Shown here in pieces: positions 1 to 12,361 of a DNA stretch of 64,000 nt (positions are counted from its first letter, which is position 1; the number at the start of each line of letters is the position of its first letter). The notes beneath the pieces are model-generated. The model searched no databases, had not been told where the DNA came from, and saw nothing but the letters and a program-made list of their open reading frames with translations. Origin of the DNA: Sphyrna mokarran (Eukaryota); NCBI GenBank assembly GCA_024679065.1, contig JAGIQG010000011.1, positions 34,658,001-34,722,000 on the forward strand, written 5' to 3'. The translations under genes and the position numbers were made by a program.

Positions 1-1504
1 TCATATCCCAGTGCTCCTTTCAGTTCCATTTTACCCACAACCATCTTGGCTTCCATACTTCTTTCTCTCCATGACAACTTCATTGGCCACAAGCTAAAAT
101 GCCTTCAAGCTACCGGGAATGCGTATTAATAACAGTAGCTCAGAAATCTGTTATTGTTCCGAATTGGACATGCAGCTTGCACTGTATAGAAGTGAGTAGT
201 CCATCAGCTGTGGTGACAGCTCAGCCACAAGCCAACCTGAAATTTGGCAACCAGGTAGGAATAAAGTAACACAGAAGACTGGCATGGGACACAAGAATCA
301 GGACTCTTGCCAGGCGATCAAGTATAGAGCTGTATGACGTGCTGTCTGATCTCACAAACCAACAAGAGCACAAAGGCCAACACATGTGGTCAATTTGAAG
401 CTTACCACATGATTGAAATCCAGCGCTCTCACTTCTGCTTCTTAGACAAGATGTAATTGTTCTTACTGGAGTAGTCAGTGTTTTTCCTCATCAGTGCACC
501 GTGACTGAAACGTGGCTGTTGTCACCTATTGCTTCTTAAAAAAGGTATTGGCATAAAAGTTAAGGTGGATGATAACTCCGTCAACTAAGGCAGTGCTATC
601 CATACCAGAGTTCAAGGGTCACATTGAGACTGCAGCAGCTTATTACTTCAAAGCAATGATGAAGAGAACATCTTTCCATTAGAGAAGGTAAGTTAATGTA
701 GAAATGTTCCCTGAATATACACTGTGGGGCCTCCTGCACATCCACCTCCTCCTTCTGGCAGTTGTTTCTGCTCCCTTCCTTGTTGCTTCATCTCACACCC
801 AGTCCCAAACACAGCCCAACAGACCACCCATGACTGCAGCTAAACCATTTCTGCAGCAACCAACAACAATAAACAGTGTCTATTTTGACAGTGAACTTGA
901 ATGATAAAATACATCAAAAAGCAACCAGAAATTAATTAGCAATAATAATCCTGGAATAAGAAACCAGCAAGTATTGCATGATCCCCTGAAATCATGCCAA
1001 TGAAGGCTCCTTCTTGCCAGCTAGCACCATGTTATGTTGTGTGAGTTCAGCACATGGCAATTTAAATTCTGGATCATTCAAATATGGAAAATGGGTCCAG
1101 TTACTTATTCCCCCAATTTTAAAATGTCCTCAACTGCACTTCTGACACAGTGCAACCACAAGCATCTATTTGCAATCCTATTCCGTAATGTCCCTGTACT
1201 ATTTGATAGTGAAATTGGGACTTCAGTATACTGGTTGACAACAAAAAAAAAAATTGGTGTTGCACACAGTTTTCACTGACATTTCAATTCCAAGCAGAAT
1301 GACTCAGACGAATATTGTTAACAACATCCAAACAAACTGTTTGTTGTTTAAGTCAGCACATCAACACAAAGCAGTAACCAAAAAAATACACAAGATATAT
1401 TTCACAAAACACAAGTACTGCAACTATCTTAGACCAACTTTGCCTTAGCTTTTACATTTAATTCACGAACAAAGCCTGTTCTACTGCTGTCCACCAAAAT
1501 TATC

Positions 1505-1740
1505 TTTTTTTTGACACAGAGGGTGCTGGTGCCTGGAAATCACTGCCAGGGAGGTAACAAGAGCAGATACGATAGTGACTTTTAAAGGTGCATTTTGACA
1601 AATACATGAATAGGATGGGAATAGAGGGGTATGGTCCCCTAAGGCTTGAGGGTTTTTAATTCAGATGTGCAGCATGATCATTGCATATTTAGAGGGATGA
1701 AGGACGTGATCCTGTGCTGTAATGTTCTTTGTTTTATTTA
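1505..1740 (+). mobile_element. CR1-like LINE 3' end fragment
   Basis: Degenerate TQRVVGAWNSLP-type terminus and 3' UTR, homologous to the CR1 ends at 24900-25115 and 50200-50440. Confidence 0.75.
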
Positions 1741-2812
1741 AGCAATGGCCGACATCCTAAAATATCCATCAATAATTCTGATTTTAGCAAAATCATTAAC
1801 GAACCATAGCTCTGACATTTTAGCAAAATTCTCTATTCATTATAACTTTAACCCTAGTTTGTCGCTATTTTGCCTCCAGCATTATTAAGTGATTTAGTTG
1901 ACATTTTTACACATGTGGCATTCAGGTATTACAACAAAAAGGATTGAAACAACTGGCATTGATAAAATTAACCTGTATTTTACACGAAAATAAATTAATC
2001 AGAGTGTAGTGTGTTTAATTAATTAATTGAAATATAATGCTCTGTAACTTAAAAAAAAATTCTCTCTAAGAACAAGACTGAAAAACTGGCTAGCACATTA
2101 CTCACAAAAAGCTGCTAAAGCAGTCTATACTGATATGCAATAAGAGATGATTGGGCCCAAGGCTAGATTTATAACTGGGTCATTTCAGAATGAACCACCC
2201 TATTCAAGATGAAAGCCCAAATACTACATATAACCACATATTCAAAAATTGCTTAGATCTTGTTTATACACAAGTTAACTCTTCCAACATGAATTCAACT
2301 AAAAAGATCTCACTTCCTAAAGATATTTGATATTAATAGATGAAGAATGCAAGCTTGAAATCTGACAACATATGGACATTATAATATCTAACTTCTCCAC
2401 CAATGTCCAATGCTCCTAACTCTGTTTCATATTCAGGTACCATACAGAATGGTTCTGAAAATTTTGAAACTAGCTTCAAACAACATTTGATGGAAGAATT
2501 TACTGCCCAAAGTTATGTTTCAAGACTTGTGTTACCTATGCCATTGTTTTAGAATTTTCTTAAAGCTTTCCTGTAAAAAATCATGTTACGTCTCCTGTGT
2601 TGCTACATAATCTCACGTATAGATCAATGCACAAAGACAACTGCTGATAGGATCTCACTTCTATCACATCCAAGGAACCTACTGGAGGGGGGTGGGGGGG
2701 GGGAATGTTTTACAGATTTTGTATGCACTCAATGTTTGTTCATGTGTATTTGCTTGATTATTCCTATGTAGTACAAATACGCAAGTCTTGTGTGTAGACA
2801 AAAAAAATACAC

Positions 2813-2915
2813 AGGCCAGAATTCTTTGATCTTATTCAAGACGCCACCACTGCCAGCATGAATGGAGAATTTGGTACTCAGACAAAATTCCATTCACTTC
2901 AGTAGACCATAGATG
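2813..2915. mobile_element. Harbinger-type MITE fragment
   Basis: ggccagaattct terminus and internal palindrome gaatggagaatttgg...caaaattccattc, shared with 44179-44314. Confidence 0.5.
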
Positions 2916-3429
2916 TCTCAGGAAGTTGCTCATACCATGCAGGTCAAGGCATTACTTTATAAAGACATGAATGATAACATAATATGTTATTTGAAAGTTA
3001 AGATGAAACTATATCCACTTAAGGTAAAGTGTCCAGTTTAGAAAAATGTTGGTTAGAAGCACTCTGCTTCCAATGACTGCCCTTCTACTCCTTATTTTGT
3101 TAAACTCAGTTTTGCATTCATAAAAATAATCTGCTTGGTGTCTTGTAGCAAGTCATGCATTTGTGATGTTTAGCTGCTAAGACAGTTGAGAGGTACAATA
3201 TTTGTGAAAAATAATTTACAAAGATTATTGTGGAGTATGAGGTCAACTGTAGAAACTTATTCTTCCCCAGTTTCCTGTTTTGGGGCAAAAGTCAAATTAT
3301 CAAAAGTTAGAAGCTGCATCAGGAAAAGTGCAACACTGCCACACAAAGTACATCCCTCTCACAGATAATTGGTTTTAGTCACATATCCATAATAGTTAAA
3401 AAGGAAAATTAATTTGACAAGTGGGGTTA

Positions 3430-3665
3430 AGAAAATCTGGAATTAAGAATCTACTGATGACCAGGAAACCATTATCAATTGTTGGAAAGACCCATCTGGT
3501 TTACTAATATCCTTTAGGGAAGGAAATCAGCTGTCCTTACCCGGTCCGACCCACATGTGACTCCAGATCCACGGTAATTTGGTTGACACTCAACTGCCTT
3601 AGGGATAGGTAATAAATGCTGGCCAGCCAGCGATGCCAATGTCCCATGAATGAATTTTAAAAAAT
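3430..3665 (+). mobile_element. tRNA-type SINE 'family B', 5'-truncated
   Basis: Body cccatctggtt...tttagggaaggaaatc...catgtgactccaga and tail aataaatgctggccagccagcgatgcc. Homologous to copies at 30840, 40630 and 45260. Confidence 0.8.
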
Positions 3666-4389
3666 AAACTACCATTTTCCATGTTTTTGAGTCTTCCAAC
3701 TTCAGGAAAGGATTTCCCTCCCTTTCCCAATGACACAAATTCACTTCTGACAGTGCTGTTGCTAGCATACTTTCATTTACAGAGGTTTGATTGTTTCTAC
3801 GAAACACTCCAGTTTCATTTTAGCTTTCGTATTAACTGGTCAAATTTTCCCAATTAGTAATTTCTCATTCACTATGACCGTTGTGTAGTTTTTGCAGTGA
3901 TTTGAGTTTGTCCCTCAGACTTACAAAAGCATCACTTTCTAAGAATTCATGACATTCTTAAATGATCCACAGAGCAAATCGAAACAATATTGTCATTCAG
4001 AACAAAAGTAAGCAAAAACGCACAGAAATTCAATCAGCATCCCAAAGAAGAAAGATAGGTTATGTTTCAGCTGCAAATCTTTCTTAGCCTCCTTTCCATT
4101 TTACTAGCTGACTGACTTGACATGTACCAAGTATACTTGGTTTTTAATTTCAGATTTCCACAATCAGCTGTTTTTTCTTGCTCATTTTATGATCTTTTTG
4201 TATTCCGTAACACTTTTATTCATGCACATTTATTACCTTAGATTAAAATAAGTTCACTCTCCTCATTTTTTAACTGTTCACTTCACTGCATAATTCTCAT
4301 AGCAATCGATTCACAATGTCTTCCAATTATTTGATCTTTGCAGTGATCTCGCTGGAGAGCTGTGGTTGAATGAAAGGATTCAACCACAT

Positions 4390-4705
4390 GGACAGCACAG
4401 TGTCATAGTAGTTAGCATTGCTGCCACGCAGCATTAGGGAGCCAGGTTCAATTTCAGTCTCGTAGTTTGCATGTTCTCCCTTTGTCTGCCTGGGTTCCCA
4501 CTGTGTGCTTCGGTTTCCTCCCACAGTCCAAAAAGATGTGTGGGTTAGGTTGATTGGCCATGCTAACTTGCCCCTTAATGTCAGTGTAATTATGTGGGAG
4601 TACAGGGATAGAGTCTGGGTGGAATTGTTGTTGGTATGGGTTTGATGGTCTGAATGGCCTCCTTCTGTAGTGTAGGGATTCTGTGATTCTTATCTATGAT
4701 TCTCT
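4390..4705 (+). mobile_element. HE1-like V-SINE
   Basis: tRNA-like head (cagcacagtg...gttagcattgctgcc...ggttcaattt), V-domain ggtttcctcccacagtccaaa, and tail atggcctccttctgtagtgtagggattct. Confidence 0.85.
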
Positions 4706-4904
4706 GAAATTACTAGGTGTTGACAGATAGTTGCCACACATGGATTCTGTAATGAAATCTGTCATGATACACTTAATCTATAGTAAGAATTTCTATGGTA
4801 ACCTCTTTATGTGGCATACAATACTCCACATAGTCATTTCCAACAGTTATGCGGCAAAATGGTCTGGTTCCTTTAAGGCTGTGCAACAATAGCTTTCTAA
4901 TAGA

Positions 4905-5445
4905 ATATCACCCCTTGGTAAAATTCACTTCTGAGATGAAGCAGTCTAAAAGACATCCTTTCCTTGACATACTAGTTGAGAAATCTACAAATGGGTTTTC
5001 CACTACTGTTTACTTTCACCAATCAGTATATATTGTGGAATCCCTACAATGCTAAAAGGTGGCCATTTAGTCCATTGAGTCTGCAGTGACTCTCCAACAC
5101 AGCATCCCACCAGGCCCTACCCATGTAGCCCCACATATTTACCCTGCTAATCCCCCTAACTTACACAAAGGGACAATTTATCTGACCAGTCCACCTAACC
5201 TGCACATCTTTGGATTGTGGGAGGAAATCAGGGCACCCAGAAGAAACCTGTGCAGACATGGGGAGAACGTTTAAACTCCACACAGTTACCCAAGGCTAGA
5301 ATTGAACTTGGGTACCTGGTGCTCTGAAGCAATGCTAACCATTGTGCCACCTGTTGGGATTCATATAGCTTCATCTGGTAAAACTAGTCTCACTGGGCAT
5401 ACAGGACCCTAGCCATTTGCTCACCCTGAAAGTTCAATGCAGTTT
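4905..5445 (+). mobile_element. Penelope-like element RT C-terminal fragment split by a HE1 SINE
   Basis: HPLVKFTSEMKQSKRHPFLDILVEKSTNGFSTTVY matches the PLE RT motif IKFTxE...LPFLD...TTVYRKP. It resumes after the SINE with WDSYS...LAICSP. Confidence 0.7.
5035..5352 (-). mobile_element. HE1-like V-SINE
   Basis: Reverse complement of the HE1 body: cctgcacatctttggattgtgggaggaaa...gctaaccattgtgccacc. Confidence 0.85.
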
Positions 5446-5989
5446 GGTTATTCATTATGCACAGAATACAAATTGTACTCAACATGCTTGCAAAACCCAA
5501 TACAATGTGTCTATTCCACAGTTAGACAGTACACCATTAGTTTCACTGCAAATAATTTAAGATAATCAGTCAAGCTCACATTGTGGCTCATTTATGCTTG
5601 CTAAAAGTGACGAACATTCACACACTGGATAAATTGTCTGTAAACTATTTTCAATCACATTTTTTTTGACTTACTCTGGAGCAACAATAGTTCTCTGGTG
5701 TTTTCTTCATCATAATACCTCAACTAAGAGTTGACTTGCCAACTCAACTAATTGGTACCCCTTCCTCCTGAAGGAAAAATTGTGATCATTTGAAATTTGG
5801 CATTCTTGCATTTGTCATGATGAGTGTAAGACAAAAAGCTTTGCAACATATCTCTCTTTGCAACTGATTCAAAATTCTTATATTTCATGACAATATCTTG
5901 CAGAACTTCAGTACATAATTCATATAGAGATTTTGATTTGATTGACATTTGTCCAACTTGGGAGAAGATAGGCTGTGCCTAGGTGTATA

Positions 5990-6800
5990 TCACTTCTATA
6001 TTGAACGTGGGAGTGGGCCTCTACAGTCACAATAGACAGAGTGGCAGTCCCTTCCACAGCTGACACAGAAGAACAGTACTAGCTTGAGGTTGGCTGATTT
6101 CTTTTTCCTTCCAGTGGGCTCTATTTTTTTTTGTCCTTTGCTTTTTCCATATCCTTCTTGAGACATCAATGGCCTGTAAACCTCAATGACAGTGGGACCA
6201 CCATCCAGCCTTCATATGGCAGGGAAGTCTGAAATGGCGCAGAGAGCTTCTTCAGTGATAGCATTCTCCAGAACAGGGCCCCATCCACTTTTCCATCTGC
6301 TTGCTAGTTTTGGTGATCGTCCCAGTCTTTGTCTTCAACGGTGTTGATGTAGCTGCTGCTGGGTTTGTTGCTTTCTCCGTTCTTCACACAGCCCTCTAGC
6401 ATCAAGCAATAGATTGTATAGTGATGTTGACTTTCAACCAGTATTGATTGGTGCAGTGTCATGCAGTCTGCTGAATCTTGATTCTGGCAGCTCTGGGAGC
6501 ATCCACATTTTGTTTTTTGGAAAATTTTTGCAGTTCAAAAGGGCTCTCCACTTGGTTTCTGCAACCTGCTCATTTCAGTTCAGTAAAACTCAAACCTGTC
6601 AACATTCCTCTGATCTCTTTTTCCACATACAATGCGTGCAGAGTATTAGATGGTGCTGTGCCAATGATATCATTTTAAAACCACACTGTGATCTTGGGCA
6701 TCGTTCTCCAAAATAGCCTGATTGGGAAATGTTGGGGAACTCCAAGTTCCTTCTGTGTCAGTGGCATGGCAAGTGTGGATCCAAGGATGACCTTTCCTTT
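5990..6800 (-). mobile_element. Decayed RTE-clade LINE 3' portion
   Basis: Minus strand shows a degenerate C-terminal CxxCGRDCHS zinc-finger-like end typical of RTE ORFs; heavily mutated. Confidence 0.5.
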
Positions 6801-6857
6801 TTGGAGTTCCTGGCCTGAAGTCTGATCATGTTACATAATTCATATAGGGATTTCTCA

Positions 6858-7165
6858 ATAGAATCATAGAATGATGCAGCATAAAAGGCCATTCAGTCTA
6901 CCATGCTTGTGCCAGTTGTTTGAAAATGCACTGCAGTTAGTGGAGTTAACCTGCTCTTTCCTATAGCTCCACAAATGTTCCCACTTCAAATATTTATCCG
7001 ACTTCTTTTGGAAGTCATGACTGAACCTACTGCATCCTTTGAAGCAATTTATTCTAAACCATAAAGTTTAAATAAAAAATTCTATGTTGCCTCTGGTTCT
7101 TTGGTCATCTCTTTAAATCTCTGTCCTTTGCTAACTGACTCTTTTGCTACTGGAAACACTTCTTT
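6858..7165 (-). mobile_element. Old CR1 3' end
   Basis: aatcatagaa tail followed by ggccattcagtc...; homologous to 29855-30500. Confidence 0.55.
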
Positions 7166-7534
7166 ATCACGTAGCGTGCAAAGTTGAGCCTAATTCAATG
7201 ACAGTATCTAATACCTTCTTTAGGATACTGCACAGCTGAGAGGGAAGAAAAAGACTTACTACTCTTATAATTTCCCTATGCTCTTTATTTCCTTATAATA
7301 CTTTGATAGTGGATTAATTATCAAAACATTTCTTTTCCCCAAACTGCTGAAAACAAGAGATCGTTGCATTTGTATAGCACCTTATACCCCTTAGAAATAT
7401 GACATTTATTTTCTAATATGAAATTATAAAAAGTAAACTTAGCACAATTGAATGCAATATATTCACATGAAGCTGCAAGATTAATCTGGTTTGGTTTTGC
7501 AGTTTTAACTGCATACAACATATTCCTATTAAAA

Positions 7535-7700
7535 TGCAAGATTAGTCTGGTTTGTTTTGTGCTTTTAATTGAGGATGGAATATTGACCAGAACACCAGGG
7601 GAACTTAAGGCTCTGTTTTAAATTCTGCCTTGGGGCCTTTAATGTCCACCTGAATTAACAGGGAACTTTAGTTTAATGTTTATTCCAAAGGGACAAAATC
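7535..7700 (-). mobile_element. DeuSINE (SacSINE1-like) fragment
   Basis: Deu-domain-like sequence aatattgaccagaacaccaggggaact...tttaatgtccacctga. Confidence 0.55.
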
Positions 7701-8447
7701 CATATTTGGTGTTGCCCTTCAACACCAGTTTAGGTAACAAGTTAAATAGCTGGTCATGAGATTCTTATCTACAAACATTCCTGCAGTCAAAACTTTGAAC
7801 ATTTGCTACTTAATTTTGTGAAGTCTGATGAAAGTCCATTACTGAATATGGAAGTTTCTCACTGTCTTATATGGCTATTCCCAGATTGAGAAGCAAAACA
7901 CCCTGCCATCTACTGAAAAGGGTTACATATTGACTTCTGAGAAACATGTCAAACATTCAGGAGAGATGCTTTGGCCGCTGCTGACTTTAAAAGGACTGAC
8001 ATAAGAGACCACATTAACAAAGTGCTCTCCCAAAAGTTTCAAATTATGATGTTTACAATGCAATTGTCAGCCTCAATTAGTAAAAACATCTGTTTTCAAA
8101 AATAATTCCTAATACGATTCAAGATCCCAATAACACACCAGAAAACAACAAAACATACAAGCGAGCAGGCAAGTAACAATACAATCAATACATTTCTACA
8201 ACTATTCTCTTCTCAGTACTATTAGAGTCAACCAGGCAATCCAAGCTAGAATTACCCTGTCACACAGAACCCAGCTGAGAAGTAATTTGAACCTACAATG
8301 ATGAAAAAAAAACAGTTCTAGACGTTGATATTTCTCCTGTATAATGGTGAGAACAGAGGTTGAAATACATGCAAATCAGTGACATTAGCCCACTTGCTGG
8401 TTTGCCAACAGCATCCCATCCCAGTGTGGTTTTCTTCATAGATATAT

Positions 8448-8845
8448 TAAACTTGCATTTATATTACATATATTCCAAGGACTTCACTACCAATTAAGTG
8501 TTTTTATTGGAAAATAGCAATTGTTATAATGTTGGCAATATAGCACCAAATAGTGCACAGCAAAATCCCACAAATAACAATGAAATAAATTTATCAAGTT
8601 GTTTTATTGATATTGGCTGAAGAATAAATATTTACCCAGGCTTCAGTACACTACCCCTACCCTTCTTCAATAGTGTCACAGAATCTTATACATCTACCTG
8701 AAAGGACAGACAGGGTCTCAGTTTAACACCTCACTCAGAGATGGCGATATCAAAAAAAATCATTTCATCACTGCAATGTTAGTCTGGATTGTGTACTCCA
8801 GTCTCTAGACTGCAACTCAAAACTCAATCTTCTGACTCAGACATA
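8448..8845 (-). mobile_element. DeuSINE (SacSINE1-like)
   Basis: Tail acttgcatttatat, body gtgcacagcaaaatcccacaaa...catctacctgaaaggacagacagggtctcagtttaac, head ttctgactcaga. Confidence 0.7.
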
Positions 8846-9242
8846 TTATCTATCGCTACTGTGGAGCCATGAAGGCTGAACACTCAAGTGACGGACATCC
8901 CAGACTGATGACTGCATTATCATCCCCATTAATAGTACATATTTTTGTAATTATTTTCAAATATTTTAAGGCACTTTAACTGATAAATTTGTGAACCTGT
9001 GTTATAATGTACCCCTATTGGATAGGTGACATTTTGTTTTAAATACTGAGTGCTTAAATAAGAACGTGTCATGTATGATAAAGTATAGAATCAAATCTGG
9101 CTTTAACTTTCAAATACTACAGCAGTTTAAGCAATTGTCAATGATCTGAAATGTGATCATTTGTTGTTCACCTGATGAGACCACTCCCAAAGCCATAAAT
9201 GTCAATGGAACAGCTAACAAAATTCATGAAAGCATCATAAAT

Positions 9243-9915
9243 GTAACAAAAACAGAAAATATTGTAAAATTTAAGCAGATCTGAAAACATCTGTAGGGAG
9301 ACAATAGAGCCAAGATTTTGAGTCTAGATGACCCTTTGACGAATGGCCCTCTAGACTCAAAACATTGGAAATTTGGCATATCAGCTACAACTCTCACCAA
9401 CTTTTACAGATGCACCATAGAAAGCATTCTTTCTGGTTGTATCACACTTGGTATGTTTCCTGCTTTGCCCAACACTGCAAGGATCTATAAAAGGTCATGA
9501 ACCTAGCCTAATCCATCATGCAAACCAGCCTCCATCCATTGATTCTGTCTACACTTCCCACTGCCTTGGCAAAGCAGCCAGCATAATTAAGGTCCCCACG
9601 ACTCAGGACATTCTCTCTTCCACCTTCTTCATTTGGGGGGAAAAAGATACAAAATTCTGAGGTCACTTGATTTACCTTAAGTTGCTCTTTCTCTACACCC
9701 TATCTATGACTGTGACACTACATTCTGCACCCTCTCGTTTCCTTCTCTATGAATAGTATGTTTTGTTTGTATAGCACGCAAGAAACAATACTTTTCACTG
9801 TAAAATACATGTGATAATAACAAATGAAATCAAATCTACTTTTTCTCCACAGATGTCATCAAACCTGTTACGATTTTCCAGCATTTTACGTTTTTGTTCC
9901 AGATTCCAGCACCCT
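9243..9915. mobile_element. Palindromic Penelope-derived mini-element interrupted by a Rex-Babar LINE 3' fragment
   Basis: Left arm aaaaacagaaaatattgtaaaattt...catctgtagggaga mirrors right arm tctccacagatg...ttttccagcattttacgtttttgtt. The centre has a degenerate ctgacga...gaaac motif. Confidence 0.6.
9366..9836 (+). mobile_element. Rex-Babar-like LINE 3' fragment
   Basis: KFGISATTLTNFYRCTIESILSGCIT is a Rex1/Babar C-terminal motif; aaatcaaat tail. Confidence 0.75.
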
Positions 9916-10057
9916 AAACGTAAACTTGGTTAAAAAATAAGTTGTTCACAGTGCCCTCCATAATTAGGCACAATATACAACAACTTGTATCAGGTCTGTC
10001 ACCCACCTAGCTGGCAGCATTTCATTAAAAAATTGAACAAAAACTGAATTCACATAC

Positions 10058-10188
10058 CTGTCTTGTCAAACTGGAATTGCACGCAGCTACGGTCCCCAGT
10101 AGTCCAGGGGCACTTGTACACTGCACCCCCTTCCACAATGTCTGGCTGGGAAGTGTTTGCCTTTGGGGCTCCAATGAGAATATTCATC
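10058..10188 (-). CDS. ITGAV: Integrin alpha (ITGAV-like) coding exon 2, FG-GAP repeat 1
   Basis: Acceptor ttttcttaccag|G, 131 nt, donor ACAG|gtatgt. In frame with exon 1 it reads (Q)MNILIGAPKANTSQPDIVEGGAVYKCPWTTGDRSCVQFQFDKT(G), containing the GAP motif and conserved Cys pair. ITGA8 is the alternative assignment. Confidence 0.9.
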
Positions 10189-10239
10189 CTGGTAAGAAAA
10201 GAAAGTGCGTGAGGGGCAAAATACGAAGAACTAGCTCAT

Positions 10240-10397
10240 ATTAAGTTGATCTTTCTCTACTACCAAGCTACGACTGAAACACTACATTCTGCACTCTCTC
10301 TTTCCCTTGCCTACGAACGGTATGCTTTGTATAGTGCGCAAGAAACAACACTTTTCACTGTATCCTAATACATGTGACAAAAATAAATCAAATCAAG
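10240..10397 (+). mobile_element. Rex-Babar-like LINE 3' UTR in integrin intron 1
   Basis: Homologous to 9680-9836 (gcgcaagaaacaacacttttcactgta...aaatcaaatcaa). Confidence 0.7.
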
Positions 10398-10749
10398 AAG
10401 GAAAGTTGTTCAATTTACTGTACGTCACTTTTCCCCAAGCCTACATTAATCTGGTGCGATGTAACGGATTGATCAAATGCATTCTGTAATGAGCTTTGTC
10501 AGATAGCATCATTGGTAAGATCCGACTGGAAACAAAGAATATTAAAAGATCACAGTGGGGCGCCTCCTTTCCTTTCTGAATGTGTTGAGCAGTTAATATA
10601 ATCGAAGCAGCTCACTAAATTCATTGTACTGAAGTATTAACAGATTTAACTTTTAATGTCTTTTGTTGCAAGCAAACTTGGTTCACTGTCTACATAATTT
10701 TTTTTTTAAACGCACACGCTCCTTCCCTCTCCTCTCACAAGCTTTTACT

Positions 10750-11350
10750 CACTGTATCGGGGAAGGTGTGAAAAAGTCCACCGCAAATCCGAAGTAGCTG
10801 CCTTCGGGACCGGAGTAGACGGACGGCTTGGCGGTGTCCAGGTTGAAGCCGCGACAACAGGAGAGGCTGAGGAGGATGAGTGGCAGGCCGGCCCGGCGGC
10901 CCGCGGATGCCATTCTTCCCGGCTGCCCGGGGAGAGGGTGCCGCTGAGGGGGCTGCTTTGTGTTGGTGGCGAAGCGAGATGCGGGCCCCCCACGGACTCT
11001 GTGCTTTCCACCCTCCCCCCCCCCGCACCGCTTCTTCCTGGCTGACTGACCGCGGGCGGCTGTCCCGTCTCCAGCTCCGGCTCACAATTCCGATTGAGAA
11101 GCCCAACCCAGCCCGACTGCTGCCCAATGATAACAGGACCGTGTCAGGAAGTGAAGTGAAGTGAGGGCGCTGTCGGACGTGAATGAGACGGTGTCTCCCC
11201 TCCCAAACTGGAGGGAGCTCCACCCAGCCAGACTTACAGCAACTTAATGCCCGTCACATCCCTCTCCACAACTCCCCCCCCCCCACCCCCGCACTCTGCA
11301 TTCCAGCGCACAACTGGGACAGAACAACCCACTGCTCCGATCATACTTTC
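10750..11350 (-). promoter_or_regulatory. CpG island / TATA-less promoter and 5' UTR of the integrin alpha gene
   Basis: The most strongly CpG- and GC-rich stretch in an otherwise CpG-depleted window. It has C/G runs resembling GC boxes, CCAAT at 11124-11128 and an ETS core CAGGAAGTG at 11145-11153. Confidence 0.8.
10753..10913 (-). CDS. ITGAV: Integrin alpha (ITGAV-like) coding exon 1: signal peptide and start of the beta-propeller
   Basis: Minus strand from ATG at 10913 reads [22 protein letters not shown]|[35 protein letters not shown] is the mature N-terminus of integrin alphas and [16 protein letters not shown] matches ITGAV. It ends CA|gtgagt (phase-2 donor), is 161 nt long and sits in a CpG island. 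This frame is missing from the ORF track. Confidence 0.9.
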
Positions 11351-11379
11351 TCACACTCGTGTTGAACGCAAATTACTGC

Positions 11380-11530
11380 TGATGCTGGAGTCTGAAACAA
11401 AAGAAATCAGAAAATCTGACAGCACCTTCGCAGGGACACGCAGACTCGAAACCCTGGCTCTCTATTCTCTCGCCACACAGATGCTGTCAAACCTCCTGAG
11501 ATTTTTTTCCAACGTTTTTCCGCTTTGTCT
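11380..11530. mobile_element. Degenerate Penelope-derived palindromic mini-element next to the promoter
   Basis: gatgctggagtctgaaacaaaa...agactcgaaac...cacacagatgctgtcaaacctcctgag; same family as 9243-9915. Confidence 0.5.
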
Positions 11531-11554
11531 CAAAAGTCATTCGCTGCAACCTTA

Positions 11555-11698
11555 AGGGCAAACTTTTGGTGGGCAGGATTTTCCGGCCACCCTCGCCCCG
11601 AAACTGGAAAATCCCACCTGAGCTCGACAGACCTTTCCATGGTCCGCCCCTTTGCCCGCTACGATTCCTGTGACAGCCGGAACGGGAACATTTGCCTC
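11555..11698. mobile_element. Harbinger-type MITE
   Basis: Terminal inverted repeats gggcaaa...tttgcct with a GC-rich interior. Confidence 0.45.
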
Positions 11699-12361
11699 TG
11701 TCTGCTCAATTATGTGGTCTTTTGGCTAAGGTCAGGCCCAGGATGAGATGCTTGGATAGTGGTTATCCCTTTTATGGAGTGCCTGAATTAGATTCAATTG
11801 GATTTTGAATTTGGTTTTTGGAACAAGCAAGGAATGGATTTGAGTTTGCCCAGTCCACTCTGAGCGTTGGCTTAGTAATTTTAAGGATGGAGTAGAAAAA
11901 AATACCCAGCCCTTTCCCAGGGTATAAATAAAACAGCTCACAGAGAATGTGACCTCTTTAAATGGCTTCGGCTAGACACAACTGGTCAAACAGATGACAG
12001 CTGTTTAAAACAGGGCACAATTAACTTGAAGTTCATCCAGATTAGTTACATTTTGCGCATTTAAAATATTATCTATAACATTTAGAGAACTATCAACAAT
12101 GGGGAAACTTGTGGCATTTGTGGTCACTGAAAATGCCAGGTGTTAATTCTTTTCAAACATAATGTGACATTTTTCGGGATATATTAAAATAAGTTACATT
12201 TTAAACTCTCACTGAATAATTAGTGATGAAACTGGGGTTGCTGAATGATATGAGGGACAATCAAGGATACTATCTTGTAAAGCAAGAAAAGGATACAGAA
12301 GACATTAGCAGACCAGATCAATTATAATACAGCAAGTTTCCCCTATGCTGGAGTAAACTTT

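Noticed and set aside
4390-4460. tRNA genes at SINE heads (also 29540 and 40630)
   Set aside because: A/B-box-like heads run straight into SINE bodies, with no cloverleaf or terminator.
9165-9200. cacCTGATGAgaccactcccaaag as a hammerhead
   Set aside because: It lacks GAAA and a convincing stem II.
1-10057. Integrin exon 3 (expected EFKSxQWFGA-like motif)
   Set aside because: I found no such motif on the minus strand by eye, so it is presumed to lie beyond the left edge.
10735-11223. 162-aa, 88-aa and 94-aa ORFs over the CpG island
   Set aside because: They are GC-rich off-frame or antisense ORFs. The real coding frame is the integrin exon bounded by ATG 10913 and the gtgagt donor.
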